Shown here one piece after another: positions 59,439 through 64,000 of a stretch of 64,000 nucleotides of DNA. The notes under the pieces are model-generated. The model had not been told where the DNA came from, made no database searches, and saw only the letters and a list, made by a program, of their open reading frames with translations. Source of the stretch: a virus; the IMG/VR virus record IMGVR_UViG_3300007513_000984, positions 1 through 64,000 of that record. The stretch is one strand, 5' to 3'. Positions within the stretch are counted from its first letter, which is position 1. Every line of letters begins with the position of its first letter. The position numbers and the translations under genes were made by a program.

Positions 59439-61142
59439 ATGACTTGGAAAAAGTACTTTAAAACATATGATGGTGTTCCACGCCCATCTGTAGATTCTGG
59501 ACCTGCATCAAACAATGCATCCAGTTCAAAATATAGCAGTTGGCTACCAGAAGTCTATATGGGACAACCCAATAGAGCCCAAAGATATGGTCAATATGAC
59601 CAAATGGACATGGATTCAGAGGTTAATGCGGCGTTAGATACTATCGCAGAATTTTCTACCTTGTTTAGTGAAACTACTAAACTACCATTTAACATTCAAT
59701 ACAATGATGACCCATCGTTTACTGAGAACGAAGTTCTTCAGAAATCACTACGTCAATGGTGTTCAATGAATAAAATGAACCAACGTATTTTTAGAATTTT
59801 TAGAAATACAGTCAAATATGGTGACCAATTATTCGTTAGAGACCCAGAAACATATAAACTATATTGGGTAAATCCAGCAAAAGTTGAAAAAGTTGTTGTA
59901 AATGAAGGTAAAGGTAAGAAAATTGAAGCCTATTATATCAAAGATTTAGACATCAATATGCAAAGTCTTAACATCACAGCAGACACAGTTAAATTAGCAC
60001 AGACAGGCCATCAAAAGATGGGTATTCCAAGTTCTACTGCTGGTATGCAACAAAGTTATTCTTCTGGTGCTCCAGAAGGTTCACGTTTCGCACATGATGT
60101 TACTACAACGGCGATTGATGCCAAGCATGTTATTCATGTATCTTTAAGTGAAGGTATAGACCAATACTGGCCATTTGGTACAAGTATGCTCGAACCTGTA
60201 TTTAAAGTATATAAACAAAAAGAATTATTAGAAGACTCAATTATTATCTATCGTGTACAACGTGCGCCAGAACGTAGAGTATTTTACATTGATGTTGGTG
60301 ATATGCCAACTCATAAAGCACGTCAACACTTAGAACGTATTAAGAATGAAATTCATCAACGAAGAATTCCATCTAAAACAGGTGGTGGTGCTAACGTTGT
60401 TGATAGTGCGTACAATCCACTATCAATTATGGAAGATTATTTCTTTGCTCAAACAGCCGAAGGTCGTGGTTCTAAAGTTGAAACACTGCCAGGTGGTGAA
60501 AACTTAGGTGAAATTGATGACTTGAAGTTCTTTAATGATAAACTATTAAGAGGTTTGCGTGTCCCACCAAGTTACTTGGGTGGTATGGATGCAAACGGTT
60601 CTGCATTTAACGATGGCAGAACTGGTACTGCAATGATACAAGAGTTTAGATTTACAAAATATTGTGAAAGACTACAACAACTTATTGTTGAAGAATTAGA
60701 TAAAGAATTCAAGATGTTCTTAAAACATCGTGGTGTTTTAATTGAAAGCAGTTCTTTCGACTTATCATTTAATGTTGTTCAGAACTTCGGTAAGTATCGT
60801 CAAGCAGAAGTAGACCAAGTAGCAATGAACGTCTTTACGAGTGTAGAAGCGGCTGATTATATCAGTAAACGTTTTGCAATGAAACGTTTCTTAGGATTAT
60901 CTGAAGAAGAAATCTTAGAAAATGAAGCGATGTGGAAAGAAGAACGTAATGTTGATAATCCACTTCAAGGAAGCGAAGATGGACTTAAAGGTGTTGGAGC
61001 ATCTCCAGGACCAACAGGTGGCGATTTTGATGGAGGCGATTTTGATGCAGATGACTTAGAAGAACCAGATGAAGAAGGTTCTGTTATTTCTGGTGCCGAA
61101 AATGCCGAAGCAGAAACCGAAACAGAAGACGAGAACGCATAA
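59439..61142 (+). CDS. Portal vertex protein, T4 gp20-like
   Basis: LEDSIIIYRVQRAPERRVFYIDVG, MEDYFF, GRGSKVETLPGGENLGEIDD and LRVPPS. Confidence 0.96.
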   Translation: MTWKKYFKTYDGVPRPSVDSGPASNNASSSKYSSWLPEVYMGQPNRAQRYGQYDQMDMDSEVNAALDTIAEFSTLFSETTKLPFNIQYNDDPSFTENEVLQKSLRQWCSMNKMNQRIFRIFRNTVKYGDQLFVRDPETYKLYWVNPAKVEKVVVNEGKGKKIEAYYIKDLDINMQSLNITADTVKLAQTGHQKMGIPSSTAGMQQSYSSGAPEGSRFAHDVTTTAIDAKHVIHVSLSEGIDQYWPFGTSMLEPVFKVYKQKELLEDSIIIYRVQRAPERRVFYIDVGDMPTHKARQHLERIKNEIHQRRIPSKTGGGANVVDSAYNPLSIMEDYFFAQTAEGRGSKVETLPGGENLGEIDDLKFFNDKLLRGLRVPPSYLGGMDANGSAFNDGRTGTAMIQEFRFTKYCERLQQLIVEELDKEFKMFLKHRGVLIESSSFDLSFNVVQNFGKYRQAEVDQVAMNVFTSVEAADYISKRFAMKRFLGLSEEEILENEAMWKEERNVDNPLQGSEDGLKGVGASPGPTGGDFDGGDFDADDLEEPDEEGSVISGAENAEAETETEDENA

Positions 61143-61150
61143 ATACTATT

Positions 61151-61384
61151 ATGAAATACGTAGACATAAATGAAAATTATAATCCTGAAGATGATGATTT
61201 CACGGCTATCGATTTAGAAGATACTCGTCAAACTCGATTGACTCTTGCCCATCTTTCTAAACTAAGAAAGATTAGAGAATATAGAAAGTTTCAGAAAGCA
61301 TCAGAAGATGCACAGGTCAAAAAACAATATGGACCTAAAGAGGGCTCATCATCAGGTGGTGGTGGCGGAGAATTAGAGTTATAA
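61151..61384 (+). CDS. Small head-module protein
   Basis: DTRQTRLTL..L.KLR motif; between the portal and prohead genes; ATAAATA 5 nt upstream of the ATG. Confidence 0.65.
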   Translation: MKYVDINENYNPEDDDFTAIDLEDTRQTRLTLAHLSKLRKIREYRKFQKASEDAQVKKQYGPKEGSSSGGGGGELEL

Positions 61385-61633
61385 TACTACAAATTTCATT
61401 ATATTAAGTATAGTTTTAAAAGATACAAAAACTAACTAAATATCTTATATTCGGCGAAAAAACCGAAAAAACTACTCATTTTACCGTATATTTCCTATAT
61501 ACGACCATAATCCCTATAAATACTTGTGTATGAAACCATCTTTTGCTACAATCCGTAGTATTAGATTGTTCGTTTCTATAACCCTGCCGCAATTGTAGTG
61601 GCTATGAAGAAAATATTATTAAGGAGACTTATA

Positions 61634-62488
61634 ATGTCAAGAAGTACACTAGAACAAGTGCTAGAATTGTTAATCAACGAGGAAACTGCTAAAGCCGAGT
61701 CGCTTTTACATGACTTTGTTGTTGAACAAGCACGACAAATCCATGAGGATTCTCTTAACGAAAGCGACAGCGTTGTAGAAGAAGAACTTGATGAGATTGA
61801 TGAAACAGAAGAAGTCGAATCTTTAGAAGATGATGTTCAAGAAGATTCTGACGAGATTGAAAAAGAAGAAATCTTTGATGACGAAGATGACGTTTCTGAC
61901 GAAGAGGCTATTGATGACTTAGAAATGAGTGATGAAGAAGCACCTGCTGAAGAAATTGAAGATAGAGTTGAAGATTTAGAATCAGCATTATCTGACCTAG
62001 AAGCAGAATTTGAAAAAATTATGTCTGGCGAAGAAGACGATGCTACAGATGAAGATGAAGAAGGCGAAGAAGGCGATGAAGGTGATGAAGCACCAATCGA
62101 CTTAGAGTTGGAAACTAAAGAAGAAGTTGCTCCTGAAGTTTCTGAAACTGAAGAACCAGTTGAAGAAGCAAAAGAAACAGTCGAAGAGGTTGTTGAAGAA
62201 GCAGATGATTCTGAAGAGGAAGTAAAAGAGACTTCATCTGAAGATTTAGACGAAGAATCAGAAGAAAAATTGGAAGAGTATACAATCAAAGCAACTGCTA
62301 AGCCTGGCGCAGATGGTGATAAAGATTCACCAGTTGCAAAAGACGGTGGCGCTGACGAAAAAGATGCAAAACCAGTTGGACAAGTAGATGGTAACACATC
62401 TGGTGGTTCAGCAAAAGCAGAAGATATGAAAACGGGTAATGTTAACACAGTTGGTAATAAGAAAGCACCAGCACCTAGCAAAGCCTAA
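61634..62488 (+). CDS. Highly acidic prohead core/scaffold-like protein
   Basis: Extremely Glu/Asp-rich; AAGGAG SD before the ATG at 61634; TATAAATA at 61515. Confidence 0.7.
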   Translation: MSRSTLEQVLELLINEETAKAESLLHDFVVEQARQIHEDSLNESDSVVEEELDEIDETEEVESLEDDVQEDSDEIEKEEIFDDEDDVSDEEAIDDLEMSDEEAPAEEIEDRVEDLESALSDLEAEFEKIMSGEEDDATDEDEEGEEGDEGDEAPIDLELETKEEVAPEVSETEEPVEEAKETVEEVVEEADDSEEEVKETSSEDLDEESEEKLEEYTIKATAKPGADGDKDSPVAKDGGADEKDAKPVGQVDGNTSGGSAKAEDMKTGNVNTVGNKKAPAPSKA

Positions 62489-62513
62489 GTAACAACTCTT
62501 TTTGGAGAAACCA

Positions 62514-63143
62514 ATGACCGTTCTTATTGAAAGATTATCACATAATCAAGCAAATGTAAAATCACGTATCGTTGAAAGCGATGATGGTAGCAAGAGTATG
62601 TTCATGGAAGGCATTTTCGTCCAAGGTGACGTTAAGAATGCTAACGAACGAGTATACCCGGTGAGTGAAATCAAAAGAGCCGTGGAATCAGTCCAAGCGA
62701 AAATCAAGGAAGGATTTCCAGTTCTAGGCGAGTGCGACCACCCACCTGAATTGACAGTAAACGTTGACCGTGTTTCACATATAATTGAAAACATGTGGAT
62801 GGATGGTCCGAATGGCTTTGGTAAACTCAAAATTGTTCCTACGCCAATGGGTAACATTATCAGAACACTAATCGAGTCGGGTGCCACTTTAGGTGTCTCA
62901 TCTCGTGGTTCTGGTGAAGTTGACCACGCTGGTAAAGTGAGTAATTATGAGATTATTACAGTCGATATTGTGGCACAGCCAAGTGCCCCGGAAGCATATC
63001 CAAAAGCAATATACGAAGGATTAATGAACATGCAAGGTGGATATGATACATGGAAACTTGCACAAAATGTTCAAAACGACAAATACGCACAAAAATATTT
63101 GTCAAAAGAAATAGTTAAGTTCATTAGAGAACTTAAACTTTAA
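62514..63143 (+). CDS. Prohead core protease, T4 gp21-like
   Basis: NANERVY, LGECDHP (His), GVSSRGSG (Ser) and DIVAQPSAP. Confidence 0.93.
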   Translation: MTVLIERLSHNQANVKSRIVESDDGSKSMFMEGIFVQGDVKNANERVYPVSEIKRAVESVQAKIKEGFPVLGECDHPPELTVNVDRVSHIIENMWMDGPNGFGKLKIVPTPMGNIIRTLIESGATLGVSSRGSGEVDHAGKVSNYEIITVDIVAQPSAPEAYPKAIYEGLMNMQGGYDTWKLAQNVQNDKYAQKYLSKEIVKFIRELKL

Positions 63144-63162
63144 TAAAGAAGGAGAAGTAACA

Positions 63163-64000
63163 ATGGCAAAAAATGAAATCCTTGCTGGGCTACTTGAGTC
63201 AGATGTTTTAAGTGAAGAAGTTTCACAACAAATATCAGAGGCTTGGGAAGCACAAATAAATGAAGCAAGAGAGGAGATAACAGCCGAGTTGCGTGAGGAG
63301 TTCGCACAGAAGTTTGAACACGACAAATCAGTTATTGTAGAAGCAATGGATAACATGCTTAATACTGCAATCAAAACTGAAATGGATGAGTTCAAAGCAG
63401 ACCGTGAGGCTTTAATCGCAGAACGTGTTGCATATAAGAAAGCAATTTCTGAACATGCAAAACTTCTTGAAAGATTCATTACTTCTCAACTAGCAAAAGA
63501 AGTTAAGGAACTGAGAGCCGACCGTGCAAAAGTTAACGAACATTTAGACAGAACTAAAGAGTTTGTTGTTAAACAACTTTCACGTGAACTAGCAGAATTC
63601 CATAACGATAAACGTGATTTAGTAGAAACTAAAGTACGTATGGTAACCGAAGGTAAAGAGATTCTTAATAAAACTAAGGATTCATTTATCAAACGTTCAG
63701 CAGAATTGGTTGAAAAGACAATCAATAAGGCTTTACGTTCTGAATTGGGTGTTCTTAAAGATGACATTCAATCGGCTAAAGAAAACGAGTTTGGCCGTAA
63801 AATTTTTGAAACATTCGCAGGCGAATTCATGACTTCACAATTGAGTGAAGGAACTGAAGTTGCTAAGATTACTAAGAAATTAGAAGATTCGGCTACTAAG
63901 ATTGCGAAGTTGGAAGAAACTATTACTGCAAAAGAAGAAGCCATTACAAGCGCCGAAACTGCACAGAAAGTACTAGAAGACAGAATGGACCGTAAAGAGG
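63163..64000 (+). CDS. Prohead scaffolding protein, T4 gp22-like (3'-truncated)
   Basis: AAGGAG SD; MAKNEILAGLLESDVLSEE...ELREEFAQKFEHDK coiled coil and ENEFGRKIFE; open to the window end. Confidence 0.85.
   Translation, partial: MAKNEILAGLLESDVLSEEVSQQISEAWEAQINEAREEITAELREEFAQKFEHDKSVIVEAMDNMLNTAIKTEMDEFKADREALIAERVAYKKAISEHAKLLERFITSQLAKEVKELRADRAKVNEHLDRTKEFVVKQLSRELAEFHNDKRDLVETKVRMVTEGKEILNKTKDSFIKRSAELVEKTINKALRSELGVLKDDIQSAKENEFGRKIFETFAGEFMTSQLSEGTEVAKITKKLEDSATKIAKLEETITAKEEAITSAETAQKVLEDRMDRKE

Noticed and set aside
61837-62481. 214-aa Ser-rich ORF on the minus strand
   Set aside because: It is the antisense shadow of the GAA/GAT-rich acidic prohead gene.
252-63767. Many short ORFs nested in or antisense to long genes in the ORF track
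   Set aside because: They overlap well-supported genes and show no recognisable motifs.
1-64000. Stop-codon recoding, tRNAs, CRISPR arrays, IS elements
   Set aside because: Core genes are intact in the standard code using all three stops, and no cloverleaf, repeat-spacer array or transposase was seen by eye.

Overview
This window is 64 kb of an AT-rich, T4-like (probably jumbo) myovirus genome in the standard genetic code; the host cannot be named from the sequence. The right half (25.5-64 kb) holds core genes: virion and baseplate proteins (a 2971-aa giant, gp6, gp25, gp5-like spike, hub, gp53, gp26/gp51-like), ClpP, an elongated gp55-like late sigma factor, gp47/gp46, a tape-measure-like gene, portal gp20, prohead core, protease gp21 and scaffold gp22. 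The left half (1.6-25.4 kb) is a large glycan-building island directly abutting the virion genes. It carries NDP-sugar enzymes, about five glycosyltransferase-like genes and seven radical-SAM enzymes, six of them with an N-terminal Twitch-type Fe-S domain. Signals the ORF track does not explain: (1) a ~500-nt promoter-driven, highly structured minus-strand non-coding RNA candidate upstream of a GIY-YIG nuclease (55.6-56.1 kb); (2) a ~125-nt sRNA candidate with an anti-Shine-Dalgarno loop (54.7-54.8 kb); (3) a likely -1 ribosomal frameshift fusing the gp26-like and gp51-like ORFs; (4) a bipartite late-promoter element, AAACTWCG-N14/15-ATAAATA. All family assignments come from motif recognition by eye, not database searches.
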